Assembly (NCBI GenBank): GCA_040954595.2
Contig: CM082595.2
Location: 8,662,317 to 8,726,316, forward strand
DNA: 64,000 nucleotides
Direction of reading: 5' to 3'
Origin: Balanoglossus misakiensis
Taxonomy: Eukaryota > Animalia > Hemichordata
In this document: in pieces, positions 46,401-61,400 of the stretch
How the letters are laid out: every line of letters begins with the position of its first letter
How positions within the stretch are numbered: position 1 is the stretch's first letter
Program-made: the position numbers and the translations under genes
The notes under the pieces: model-generated
Database searches by the model: none
What the model saw: only the letters and a program-made list of their open reading frames with translations
Told to the model about the DNA's origin: nothing

Positions 46401-49400
46401 CAAAATCTCAAAATTTCGTCAATTTTTGAAAAAATCATGGGTGAAAATCATCAAAATTGACAAAATTTTCGACTTTGCAAAATCTCAAAATTTCGTCGAT
46501 TTTGAAAAAAATCATGGGTTCGTCGATTTTTTAAAGACAACATTGGTGAAAATCATCAAAAAATGACAAATTTTCGACTTTGCAAAATCTCAAAATTTTG
46601 TCTTTTTTTGAAAAAAATCATGGGTTCGTCGATTTTTTAAAAACAACATTGGTGAAAATCATCAAAAAATGACAAATTTTCGACTTTGCAAAATCTCAAA
46701 ATTTTGTCTTTTTTTGAAAAAAATCATAGGTGAAAATTATCAAAAAATTACAAATTTTCGACTTTGCAAAATCTCAAAATTTCGTCGATTTTGAAAAAAA
46801 TCATGGGTTCGTCGATTTTTTAAAAACAACATTGGTGAAAATCATCAAAAAATGACAAATTTTCGACTTTGCAAAATCTCAACATTTCGTCGATTTTTGA
46901 AAAAAATCATAGGTGAAAATCATCAAAAAATGACAAATTTTCGACTTTGCAAAATCTCAAAATTTCGTCAATTTTGAAAAAAATCATGGGTGAAAATCAT
47001 CAAAAAATGACAAATTTTCGACTTTGCAAAATCTCAAAATTTCGTCGATTTTTGAAAAAAATCATGGGTGAAAATCATCAAAAAATGAAAAATTTTCGAG
47101 TTCGCAAAATCTCAAAATTTTGTCTTTTTTTGAAAAAAATCATAGGTGAAAATTATCAAAAAATGACAAATTTTCGACTTTGCAAAATCTCAAAATTTCG
47201 TCGATTTTTGAAAAAAATCATGGGTGAAAATCATCAAAAAATGACAAATTTTCGACTTTGCAAAATCTCAAAATTTCGTCAATTTTGAAAAAAATCATGG
47301 GTGAAAATCATCAAAAAATGACAAATTTTCGAGTTCGCGAAATCTCAAAATTTTGTCTTTTTTTGAAAAAAATCATAGGTGAAAATTATCAAAAAATGAC
47401 AAATTTTCGACTTTGCAAAATCTCAAAATTTCGTCGATTTTTGAAAAAAATCATGGGTGAAAATCATCAAAAAATGACAAATTTTCGACTTTGCAAAATC
47501 TCAAAATTTCGTCAATTTTGAAAAAAATCATGGGTGAAAATCATCAAAAAATGACAAATTTTCGACTTTGCAAAATCTCAAAATTTCGTCGATTTTTGAA
47601 AAAAATCATGGGTGAAAATCATCAAAAAATGAAAAATTTTCGACTTTGCAAAATCTCAACATTTCGTCGATTTTTTAAAAAAACATGGGTGAAAATCATC
47701 AAAAAATGACAGATTTTCGACTTTGCAAAATCTCAAAATTTCGTCGATTTTTTAAAAAAATCATGGGTGAAAATCATCAAAAAATGACAAATTTTCGACT
47801 TTGCAAAATCTCAAAATTTCGTCAATTTTTGAAAAAATCATGGGTGAAAATCATCAAAATTGACAAAATTTTCGACTTTGCAAAATCTCAAAATTTCGTC
47901 GATTTTGAAAAAAATCATGGGTTCGTCGATTTTTTAAAGACAACATTGGTGAAAATCATCAAAAAATGACAAATTTTCGACTTTGCAAAATCTCAAAATT
48001 TTGTCTTTTTTTGAAAAAAATCATGGGTTCGTCGATTTTTTAAAAACAACATTGGTGAAAATCATCAAAAAATGACAAATTTTCGACTTTGCAAAATCTC
48101 AAAATTTTGTCTTTTTTTGAAAAAAATCATAGGTGAAAATTATCAAAAAATTACAAATTTTCGACTTTGCAAAATCTCAAAATTTCGTCGATTTTGAAAA
48201 AAATCATGGGTTCGTCGATTTTTTAAAAACAACATTGGTGAAAATCATCAAAAAATGACAAATTTTCGACTTTGCAAAATCTCAACATTTCGTCGATTTT
48301 TGAAAAAAATCATAGGTGAAAATCATCAAAAAATGACAAATTTTCGACTTTGCAAAATCTCAAAATTTCGTCAATTTTGAAAAAAATCATGGGTGAAAAT
48401 CATCAAAAAATGACAAATTTTCGACTTTGCAAAATCTCAAAATTTCGTCGATTTTTGAAAAAAATCATGGGTGAAAATCATCAAAAAATGAAAAATTTTC
48501 GAGTTCGCAAAATCTCAAAATTTTGTCTTTTTTTGAAAAAAATCATAGGTGAAAATTATCAAAAAATGACAAATTTTCGACTTTGCAAAATCTCAAAATT
48601 TCGTCGATTTTTGAAAAAAATCATGGGTGAAAATCATCAAAAAATGACAAATTTTCGACTTTGCAAAATCTCAAAATTTCGTCAATTTTGAAAAAAATCA
48701 TGGGTGAAAATCATCAAAAAATGACAAATTTTCGAGTTCGCGAAATCTCAAAATTTTGTCTTTTTTTGAAAAAAATCATAGGTGAAAATTATCAAAAAAT
48801 GACAAATTTTCGACTTTGCAAAATCTCAAAATTTCGTCGATTTTTGAAAAAAATCATGGGTGAAAATCATCAAAAAATGACAAATTTTCGACTTTGCAAA
48901 ATCTCAAAATTTCGTCAATTTTGAAAAAAATCATGGGTGAAAATCATCAAAAAATGACAAATTTTCGACTTTGCAAAATCTCAAAATTTCGTCGATTTTT
49001 GAAAAAAATCATGGGTGAAAATCATCAAAAAATGAAAAATTTTCGACTTCGCAAAATCTCAAAATTTTGTCTTTTTTTGAAAAAAATCATAGGTGAAAAT
49101 TATCAAAAAATGACAAATTTTCGACTTTGCAAAAGCTCAAAATTTCGTCCATTTTTGAAAAAAAATCATGGGTGAAAATCATCAAAAAATGACAAATTTT
49201 CGACTTTGCAAAATCTCAAAATTTCATCAATTTTTGAAAAAATCATGGGTGAAAATCATCAAAAAATGACAAAATTTTCAACTTTGCAAAATCTCAAAAT
49301 TTCGTCGATTTTTGAAAAAAAATAATGGTTGAAAATCATCAAAAAATGACAAATTTTCGACTTTGCAAAATCTCAAAATTTCGTCGATTTTGAAAAAAAT

Positions 49401-52400
49401 CATGGGTTCGTCGATTTTTTAAAAACAACATTGGTGAAAATCATCAAAAAATGACAAATTTTCGACTTTGCAAAATCTCAACATTTCGTCGATTTTTGAA
49501 AAAAATCATGGGTGAAAATCATCAAAAAATGAAAAATTTTCGACTTCGCAAAATCTCAAAATTTTGTCTTTTTTTGAAAAAAATCATAGGTGAAAATTAT
49601 CAAAAAATGACAAATTTTCGACTTTGCAAAATCTCAAAATTTCGTCGATTTTTGAAAAAAAATAATGGTTGAAAATCATCAAAAAATGACAAATTTTCGA
49701 CTTTGCAAAATCTCAAAATTTCGTCGATTTTGAAAAAAATCATGGGTTCGTCGATTTTTTAAAAACAACATTGGTGAAAATCATCAAAAAATGACAAATT
49801 TTCGACTTTGCAAAATCTCAAAATTTCGTCGATTTTGAAAAAAATCATGGGTTCGTCGATTTTTTAAAAACAACATTGGTGAAAATCATCAAAAAATGAC
49901 AAATTTTCGACTTTGCAAAATCTCAAAATTTCGTCGATTTTTGAAAAAAATCATGGGTGAAAATCATCAAAAAATGACAAATTTTCGACTTTGCAAAATC
50001 TCAACATTTCGTCGATTTTTGAAAAAAATCATAGGTGAAAATCATCAAAAAATGAAAAATTTTCGACTTTGCAAAAGCTCAAAATTTCGTCCATTTTTGA
50101 AAAAAAATCATGGGTGAAAATCATCAAAAAATGACAAATTTTCGACTTTGCAAAATGTCAAAATTTCATCAATTTTTGAAAAAATCATGGGTGAAAATCA
50201 TCAAAAAATGACAAAATTTTCGAGTTTGCAAAATCACACAATTTCGTCGATTTTTGAAAAAAAATCATGGTTGAAAATCATCAAAAAATGACAACATTTT
50301 CGAGTTTGCAAAATCACATAATTTCGTCGATTTTGAAAAAAATCATAGGTTCGTCGATTTTTTTAAAAAAAACATGGGTGAAAATCATCAAAAAATGACA
50401 GATTTTCGACTTTGCAAAATCTCAAAATTTCGTCGATTTTTGAAAAAAATCATGGGTGAAAATCATCAAAAAATGACAAATTTTCGACTTTGCAAAATCT
50501 CAAAATTTCGTCAATTTTTGAAAAAATCATGGGTGAAAATCATCAAAAAATGACAAAATTTTCGACTTTGCAAAATCTCAAAATTTCGTCGATTTTGAAA
50601 AAAATCATGGGTTCGTCGATTTTTTAAAAACAACATTGGTGAAAATCATCAAAAAATGACAAATTTTCGACTTTGCAAAATCTCAACATCTCGTCGATTT
50701 TTGAAAAAAATCATAGGTGAAAATCATCAAAAAATGACAAATTTTCGACTTTGAAAAATCTCAAAATTTCGTCCATTTTTGAAAAAAAATCATGGGTGAA
50801 AATCATCAAAAGATGACAAATTTTCGACTTTGCAAAATCTCAAAATTTTGTCGACTTTTGAAAAAAATCATAGGTGAAAATCATCAAAAAATGACAAATT
50901 TTCGACTTTGCAAAATCTCAAAATTTCGTCAATTTTGAAAAAAATCATGGGTGAAAATCATCAAAAAATGACAAATTTTCGACTTTGCAAAATCTCAAAA
51001 TTTCGTCGATTTTTTAAAAACAACATTGGTGAAAATCATCAAAAAATGACAAATTTTCGACTTTGCAAAATCTCAACATTTCGTCGAATTTTGAAAAAAA
51101 TCATAGGTGAAAATCATCAAAAAATGACAAATTTTCGACTTTGAAAAATCTCAAAATTTCGTCCATTTTTGAAAAAAAAATCATGGGTGAAAATCATCAA
51201 AAAATGACAAATTTTCGACTTTGCAAAATCTCAAAATTTTGTCGACTTTTGAAAAAAATCATAGGTGAAAATCATCAAAAAATGACAAATTTTCGACTTT
51301 GCAAAATCTCAAAATTTCGTCAATTTTGAAAAAAATCATGGGTGAAAATCATCAAAAAATGACAAATTTTCGACTTTGCAAAATCTCAAAATTTCGTCAA
51401 TTTTTGAAAAAAATCATGGGTGAAAATCATCAAAAAATGAAAAATTTTCGACTTCGCAAAATCTCAAAATTTTGTCTTTTTTTGAAAAAAATCATAGGTG
51501 AAAATTATCAAAAAATGACAAATTTTCGACTTTGCAAAATCTCAAAATTTCGTCGATTTTTGAAAAAAAATAATGGTTGAAAATCATCAAAAAATGACAA
51601 ATTTTCGACTTTGCAAAATCTCAAAATTTCGTCGATTTTGAAAAAAATCATGGGTTCGTCGATTTTTTAAAAACAACATTGGTGAAAATCATCAAAAAAT
51701 GACAAATTTTCGACTTTGCAAAATCTCAAAATTTCGTCGATTTTGAAAAAAATCATGGGTTCGTCGATTTTTTAAAAACAACATTGGTGAAAATCATCAA
51801 AAAATGACAAATTTTCGACTTTGCAAAATCTCAAAATTTCGTCGATTTTTGAAAAAAATCATGGGTGAAAATCATCAAAAAATGACAAATTTTCGACTTT
51901 GCAAAATCTCAACATTTCGTCGATTTTTGAAAAAAATCATAGGTGAAAATCATCAAAAAATGAAAAATTTTCGACTTTGCAAAAGCTCAAAATTTCGTCC
52001 ATTTTTGAAAAAAAATCATGGGTGAAAATCATCAAAAAATGACAAATTTTCGACTTTGCAAAATGTCAAAATTTCATCAATTTTTGAAAAAATCATGGGT
52101 GAAAATCATCAAAAAATGACAAAATTTTCGAGTTTGCAAAATCACACAATTTCGTCGATTTTTGAAAAAAAATCATGGTTGAAAATCATCAAAAAATGAC
52201 AACATTTTCGAGTTTGCAAAATCACACAATTTCGTCGATTTTGAAAAAAATCATAGGTTCGTCGATTTTTTTAAAAAAAACATGGGTGAAAATCATCAAA
52301 AAATGACAGATTTTCGACTTTGCAAAATCTCAAAATTTCGTCGATTTTTGAAAAAAATCATGGGTGAAAATCATCAAAAAATGACAAATTTTCGACTTTG

Positions 52401-55400
52401 CAAAATCTCAAAATTTCGTCAATTTTTGAAAAAATCATGGGTGAAAATCATCAAAAAATGACAAAATTTTCGACTTTGCAAAATCTCAAAATTTCGTCGA
52501 TTTTGAAAAAAATCATGGGTTCGTCGATTTTTTAAAAACAACATTGGTGAAAATCATCAAAAAATGACAAATTTTCGACTCTGCAAAATCTCAACATCTC
52601 GTCGATTTTTGAAAAAAATCATAGGTGAAAATCATCAAAAAATGACAAATTTTCGACTTTGAAAAATCTCAAAATTTCGTCCATTTTTGAAAAAAAATCA
52701 TGGGTGAAAATCATCAAAAGATGACAAATTTTCGACTTTGCAAAATCTCAAAATTTCGTCGATTTTTTAAAAACAACATTGGTGAAAATCATCAAAAAAT
52801 GACAAATTTTCGACTTTGCAAAATCTCAACATTTCGTCGAATTTTGAAAAAAATCATAGGTGAAAATCATCAAAAAATGACAAATTTTCGACTTTGAAAA
52901 ATCTCAAAATTTCGTCCATTTTTGAAAAAAAATCATGGGTGAAAATCATCAAAAGATGACAAATTTTCGACTTTGCAAAATCTCAAAATTTTGTCGACTT
53001 TTGAAAAAAATCATAGGTGAAAATCATCAAAAAATGACAAATTTTCGACTTTGCAAAATCTCAAAATTTCGTCAATTTTGAAAAAAATCATGGGTGAAAA
53101 TCATCAAAAAATGACAAATTTTCGACTTTGCAAAATCTCAAAATTTCGTCGATTTTTTAAAAACAACATTGGTGAAAATCATCAAAAAATGACAAATTTT
53201 CGACTTTGCAAAATCTCAACATTTCGTCGAATTTTGAAAAAAATCATAGGTGAAAATCATCAAAAAATGACAAATTTTCGACTTTGAAAAATCTCAAAAT
53301 TTCGTCCATTTTTGAAAAAAAAATCATGGGTGAAAATCATCAAAAAATGACAAATTTTCGACTTTGCAAAATCTCAAAATTTTGTCGACTTTTGAAAAAA
53401 ATCATAGGTGAAAATCATCAAAAAATGACAAGTTTTCGACTTTGCAAAATCTCAAAATTTCGTCAATTTTGAAAAAAATCATGGGTGAAAATCATCAAAA
53501 AATGACAAATTTTCGACTTTGCAAAATCTCAAAATTTCGTCAATTTTTGAAAAAAATCATGGGTGAAAATAATCAAAAAATGAAAAATTTTCGACTTCGC
53601 AAAATCTCAAAATTTTGTCTTTTTTTGAAAAAAATCATGGGTTCGTCGATTTTTTAAAAACAACATTGGTGAAAATCATCAAAAAATGACAAATTTTCGA
53701 CTTTGCAAAATCTCAAAATTTCGTCGATTTTGAAAAAAATCATGGGTTCGTCGATTTTTTAAAAACAACATTGGTGAAAATCATCAAAAAATGACAAATT
53801 TTCGACTTTGCAAAATCTCAAAATTTCGTCGATTTTTGAAAAAAATCATGGGTGAAAATCATCAAAAAATGACAAATTTTCGACTTTGCAAAATCTCAAC
53901 ATTTCGTCGATTTTTGAAAAAAATCATAGGTGAAAATCATCAAAAAATGAAAAATTTTCGACTTTGCAAAAGCTCAAAATTTCGTCCATTTTTGAAAAAA
54001 AATCATGGGTGAAAATCATCAAAAAATGACAAATTTTCGACTTTGCAAAATGTCAAAATTTCATCAATTTTTGAAAAAATCATGGGTGAAAATCATCAAA
54101 AAATGACAAAATTTTCGAGTTTGCAAAATCACACAATTTCGTCGATTTTTGAAAAAAAATCATGGTTGAAAATCATCAAAAAATGACAACATTTTCGAGT
54201 TTGCAAAATCACACAATTTCGTCGATTTTGAAAAAAATCATAGGTTCGTCGATTTTTTTAAAAAAAACATGGGTGAAAATCATCAAAAAATGACAGATTT
54301 TCGACTTTGCAAAATCTCAAAATTTCGTCGATTTTTGAAAAAAATCATGGGTGAAAATCATCAAAAAATGACAAATTTTCGACTTTGCAAAATCTCAAAA
54401 TTTCGTCAATTTTTGAAAAAATCATGGGTGAAAATCATCAAAAAATGACAAAATTTTCGACTTTGCAAAATCTCAAAATTTCGTCGATTTTGAAAAAAAT
54501 CATGGGTTCGTCGATTTTTTAAAAACAACATTGGTGAAAATCATCAAAAAATGACAAATTTTCGACTTTGCAAAATCTCAACATCTCGTCGATTTTTGAA
54601 AAAAATCATAGGTGAAAATCATCAAAAAATGACAAATTTTCGACTTTGAAAAATCTCAAAATTTCGTCCATTTTTGAAAAAAAATCATGGGTGAAAATCA
54701 TCAAAAGATGACAAATTTTCGACTTTGCAAAATCTCAAAATTTTGTCGACTTTTGAAAAAAATCATAGGTGAAAATCATCAAAAAATGACAAATTTTCGA
54801 CTTTGCAAAATCTCAAAATTTCGTCAATTTTGAAAAAAATCAGGGGTGAAAATCATCAAAAAATGACAAATTTTCGACTTTGCAAAATCTCAAAATTTCG
54901 TCGATTTTTTAAAAACAACATTGGTGAAAATCATCAAAAAATGACAAATTTTCGACTTTGCAAAATCTCAACATTTCGTCGAATTTTGAAAAAAATCATG
55001 GGTGAAAATCATCAAAAAATGACAAATTTTCGACTTTGAAAAATCTCAAAATTTCGTCCATTTTTGAAAAAAAAATCATGGGTGAAAATCATCAAAAAAT
55101 GACAAATTTTCGACTTTGCAAAATCTCAAAATTTTGTCGACTTTTGAAAAAAATCATAGGTGAAAATCATCAAAAAATGACAAATTTTCGACTTTGCAAA
55201 ATCTCAAAATTTCGTCAATTTTGAAAAAAATCATGGGTGAAAATCATCAAAAAATGACAAATTTTCGACTTTGCAAAATCTCAAAATTTCGTCAATTTTT
55301 GAAAAAAATCATGGGTGAAAATCATCAAAAAATGAAAAATTTTCGACTTCGCAAAATCTCAAAATTTTGTCTTTTTTTGAAAAAAATCATAGGTGAAAAT

Positions 55401-58400
55401 TATCAAAAAATGACAAATTTTCGACTTTGCAAAATCTCAAAATTTCGTCGATTTTTGAAAAAAAATAATGGTTGAAAATCATCAAAAAATGACAAATTTT
55501 CGACTTTGCAAAATCTCAAAATTTCGTCGATTTTGAAAAAAAATCATGGGTGAAAATCATCAAAAAATGACAAAATTTTCGAGTTTGCAAAATCACACAA
55601 TTTCGTCGATTTTTGAAAAAAAATCATGGTTGAAAATCATCAAAAAATGACAACATTTTCGAGTTTGCAAAATCACACAATTTCGTCGATTTTGAAAAAA
55701 ATCATAGGTTCGTCGATTTTTTTAAAAAAAACATGGGTGAAAATCATCAAAAAATGACAGATTTTCGACTTTGCAAAATCTCAAAATTTCGTCGATTTTT
55801 GAAAAAAATCATGGGTGAAAATCATCAAAAAATGACAAATTTTCGACTTTGCAAAATCTCAAAATTTCGTCAATTTTTGAAAAAATCATGGGTGAAAATC
55901 ATCAAAAAATGACAAAATTTTCGACTTTGCAAAATCTCAAAATTTCGTCGATTTTGAAAAAAATCATGGGTTCGTCGATTTTTTAAAAACAACATTGGTG
56001 AAAATCATCAAAAAATGACAAATTTTCGACTTTGCAAAATCTCAACATCTCGTCGATTTTTGAAAAAAATCATAGGTGAAAATCATCAAAAAATGACAAA
56101 TTTTCGACTTTGAAAAATCTCAAAATTTCGTCCATTTTTGAAAAAAAATCATGGGTGAAAATCATCAAAAGATGACAAATTTTCGACTTTGCAAAATCTC
56201 AAAATTTTGTCGACTTTTGAAAAAAATCATAGGTGAAAATCATCAAAAAATGACAAATTTTCGACTTTGCAAAATCTCAAAATTTCGTCAATTTTGAAAA
56301 AAATCAGGGGTGAAAATCATCAAAAAATGACAAATTTTCGACTTTGCAAAATCTCAAAATTTCGTCGATTTTTTAAAAACAACATTGGTGAAAATCATCA
56401 AAAAATGACAAATTTTCGACTTTGCAAAATCTCAACATTTCGTCGAATTTTGAAAAAAATCATGGGTGAAAATCATCAAAAAATGACAAATTTTCGACTT
56501 TGAAAAATCTCAAAATTTCGTCCATTTTTGAAAAAAAAATCATGGGTGAAAATCATCAAAAAATGACAAATTTTCGACTTTGCAAAATCTCAAAATTTTG
56601 TCGACTTTTGAAAAAAATCATAGGTGAAAATCATCAAAAAATGACAAATTTTCGACTTTGCAAAATCTCAAAATTTCGTCAATTTTGAAAAAAATCATGG
56701 GTGAAAATCATCAAAAAATGACAAATTTTCGACTTTGCAAAATCTCAAAATTTCGTCAATTTTTGAAAAAAATCATGGGTGAAAATCATCAAAAAATGAA
56801 AAATTTTCGACTTCGCAAAATCTCAAAATTTTGTCTTTTTTTGAAAAAAATCATAGGTGAAAATTATCAAAAAATGACAAATTTTCGACTTTGCAAAATC
56901 TCAAAATTTCGTCGATTTTTGAAAAAAAATAATGGTTGAAAATCATCAAAAAATGACAAATTTTCGACTTTGCAAAATCTCAAAATTTCGTCGATTTTGA
57001 AAAAAAATCATGGGTTCGTCGATTTTTTAAAAACATTGGTGAAAATCATCAAAAAATGACAAATTTTCGACTTTGCAAAATCTCAAAATTTCGTCGATTT
57101 TTGAAAAAAATCATGGGTGAAAATCATCAAAAAATGACAAATTTTCGACTTTGCAAAATCTCAACATTTCGTCGATTTTTGAAAAAAATCATAGGTGAAA
57201 ATCATCAAAAAATGACAAATTTTCGACTTTGCAAAAGCTCAAAATTTCGTCCATTTTTGAAAAAAAATCATGGGTGAAAATCATCAAAAAATGACAAATT
57301 TTCGACTTTGCAAAATCTCAAAATTTCATCAATTTTTGAAAAAATCATGGTTGAAAATCATCAAAAAATGACAAATTTTCGACTTTGCAAAATCTCAAAA
57401 TTTCGTCGATTTTGAAAAAAATCATGGGTTCGTCGATTTTTTAAAAACAACATTGGTGAAAATCATCAAAAAATGACAAATTTTCGACTTTGCAAAATCT
57501 CAAAATTTCGTCGATTTTGAAAAAAATCATGGGTTCGTCGATTTTTTAAAAACAACATTGGTGAAAATCATCAAAAAATGACAAATTTTCGACTTTGCAA
57601 AATCTCAAAATTTCGTCGATTTTTGAAAAAAATCATGGGTGAAAATCATCAAAAAATGACAAATTTTCGACTTTGCAAAATCTCAACATTTCGTCGATTT
57701 TTGAAAAAAATCATAGGTGAAAATCATCAAAAAATGAAAAATTTTCGACTTTGCAAAAGCTCAAAATTTCGTCCATTTTTGAAAAAAAATCATGGGTGAA
57801 AATCATCAAAAAATGACAAATTTTCGACTTTGCAAAATGTCAAAATTTCATCAATTTTTGAAAAAATCATGGGTGAAAATCATCAAAAAATGACAAAATT
57901 TTCGAGTTTGCAAAATCACACAATTTCGTCGATTTTTGAAAAAAAATCATGGTTGAAAATCATCAAAAAATGACAACATTTTCGAGTTTGCAAAATCACA
58001 CAATTTCGTCGATTTTGAAAAAAATCATAGGTTCGTCGATTTTTTTAAAAAAAACATGGGTGAAAATCATCAAAAAATGACAGATTTTCGACTTTGCAAA
58101 ATCTCAAAATTTCGTCGATTTTTGAAAAAAATCATGGGTGAAAATCATCAAAAAATGACAAATTTTCGACTTTGCAAAATCTCAAAATTTCGTCAATTTT
58201 TGAAAAAATCATGGGTGAAAATCATCAAAAAATGACAAAATTTTCGACTTTGCAAAATCTCAAAATTTCGTCGATTTTGAAAAAAATCATGGGTTCGTCG
58301 ATTTTTTAAAAACAACATTGGTGAAAATCATCAAAAAATGACAAATTTTCGACTTTGCAAAATCTCAACATCTCGTCGATTTTTGAAAAAAATCATAGGT

Positions 58401-61400
58401 GAAAATCATCAAAAAATGACAAATTTTCGACTTTGAAAAATCTCAAAATTTCGTCCATTTTTGAAAAAAAATCATGGGTGAAAATCATCAAAAGATGACA
58501 AATTTTCGACTTTGCAAAATCTCAAAATTTTGTCGACTTTTGAAAAAAATCATAGGTGAAAATCATCAAAAAATGACAAATTTTCGACTTTGCAAAATCT
58601 CAAAATTTCGTCAATTTTGAAAAAAATCATGGGTGAAAATCATCAAAAAATGACAAATTTTCGACTTTGCAAAATCTCAAAATTTCGTCGATTTTTTAAA
58701 AACAACATTGGTGAAAATCATCAAAAAATGACAAATTTTCGACTTTGCAAAATCTCAACATTTCGTCGAATTTTGAAAAAAATCATAGGTGAAAATCATC
58801 AAAAAATGACAAATTTTCGACTTTGAAAAATCTCAAAATTTCGTCCATTTTTGAAAAAAAAATCATGGGTGAAAATCATCAAAAAATGACAAATTTTCGA
58901 CTTTGCAAAATCTCAAAATTTTGTCGACTTTTGAAAAAAATCATAGGTGAAAATCATCAAAAAATGACAAATTTTCGACTTTGCAAAATCTCAAAATTTC
59001 GTCAATTTTGAAAAAAATCATGGGTGAAAATCATCAAAAAATGACAAATTTTCGACTTTGCAAAATCTCAAAATTTCGTCAATTTTTGAAAAAAATCATG
59101 GGTGAAAATCATCAAAAAATGAAAAATTTTCGACTTCGCAAAATCTCAAAATTTTGTCTTTTTTTGAAAAAAATCATAGGTGAAAATTATCAAAAAATGA
59201 CAAATTTTCGACTTTGCAAAATCTCAAAATTTCGTCGATTTTTGAAAAAAAATAATGGTTGAAAATCATCAAAAAATGACAAATTTTCGACTTTGCAAAA
59301 TCTCAAAATTTCGTCGATTTTGAAAAAAAATCATGGGTTCGTCGATTTTTTAAAAACATTGGTGAAAATCATCAAAAAATGACAAATTTTCGACTTTGCA
59401 AAATCTCAAAATTTCGTCGATTTTTGAAAAAAATCATGGGTGAAAATCATCAAAAAATGACAAATTTTCGACTTTGCAAAATCTCAACATTTCGTCGATT
59501 TTTGAAAAAAATCATAGGTGAAAATCATCAAAAAATGACAAATTTTCGACTTTGCAAAAGCTCAAAATTTCGTCCATTTTTGAAAAAAAATCATGGGTGA
59601 AAATCATCAAAAAATGACAAATTTTCGACTTTGCAAAATCTCAAAATTTCATCAATTTTTGAAAAAATCATGGGTGAAAATCATCAAAAAATGACAAAAT
59701 TTTCAACTTTGCAAAATCTCAAAATTTCGTCGATTTTTGAAAAAAAATCATGGTTGAAAATCATCAAAAAATGACAACATTTTCGAGTTTGCAAAATCAC
59801 ACAATTTCGTCGATTTTGAAAAAAATCATAGGTTCGTCGATTTTTTTAAAAAAAACATGGGTGAAAATCATCAAAAAATGACAGATTTTCGACTTTGCAA
59901 AATCTCAAAATTTCGTCGATTTTTGAAAAAAATCATGGGTGAAAATCATCAAAAAATGACAAATTTTCGACTTTGCAAAATCTCAAAATTTCGTCAATTT
60001 TTGAAAAAATCATGGGTGAAAATCATCAAAAAATGACAAAATTTTCGACTTTGCAAAATCTCAAAATTTCGTCGATTTTGAAAAAAATCATGGGTTCGTC
60101 GATTTTTTAAAAACAACATTGGTGAAAATCATCAAAAAATGACAAATTTTCGACTTTGCAAAATCTCAAAATTTTGTCTTTTTTTGAAAAAAATCATGGG
60201 TTCGTCGATTTTTTAAAAACAACATTGGTGAAAATCATCAAAAAATGACAAATTTTCGACTTTGCAAAATCTCAAAATTTTGTCTTTTTTTGAAAAAAAT
60301 CATAGGTGAAAATTATCAAAAAATTACAAATTTTCGACTTTGCAAAATCTCAAAATTTCGTCGATTTTGAAAAAAATCATGGGTTCGTCGATTTTTTAAA
60401 AACAACATTGGTGAAAATCATCAAAAAATGACAAATTTTTGACTTTGCAAAATCTCAACATTTCGTCGATTTTTGAAAAAAATCATAGGTGAAAATCATC
60501 AAAAAATGACAAATTTTCGACTTTGCAAAATCTCAAAATTTCGTCAATTTTGAAAAAAATCATGGGTGAAAATCATCAAAAAATGACAAATTTTCGACTT
60601 TGCAAAATCTCAAAATTTCGTCGATTTTTGAAAAAAATCATGGGTGAAAATCATCAAAAAATGAAAAATTTTCGACTTCGCAAAATCTCAAAATTTTGTC
60701 TTTTTTTGAAAAAAATCATAGGTGAAAATTATCAAAAAATGACAAATTTTCGACTTTGCAAAATCTCAAAATTTCGTCGATTTTTGAAAAAAAATCATGG
60801 GTGAAAATCATCAAAAAATGACAAATTTTCGACTTTGCAAAATCTCAAAATTTCGTCAATTTTGAAAAAAATCATGGGTGAAAATCATCAAAAAATGACA
60901 AATTTTCGACTTTGCAAAATCTCAAAATTTCGTCGATTTTTGAAAAAAATCATGGGTGAAAATCATCAAAAAATGAAAAATTTTCGACTTCGCAAAATCT
61001 CAAAATTTTGTCTTTTTTTGAAAAAAATCATAGGTGAAAATTATCAAAAAATGACAAATTTTCGACTTTGCAAAAGCTCAAAATTTCGTCCATTTTTGAA
61101 AAAAAATCATGGGTGAAAATCATCAAAAAATGACAAATTTTCGACTTTGCAAAATCTCAAAATTTCATCAATTTTTGAAAAAATCATGGGTGAAAATCAT
61201 CAAAAAATGACAAATTTTCGACTTTGCAAAATCTCAAAATTTCGTCGATTTTTGAAAAAAATCATGGGTGAAAATCATCAAAAAATGAAAAATTTTCGAC
61301 TTCGCAAAATCTCAAAATTTTGTCTTTTTTTGAAAAAAATCATAGGTGAAAATTATCAAAAAATGACAAATTTTCGACTTTGCAAAATCTCAAAATTTCG

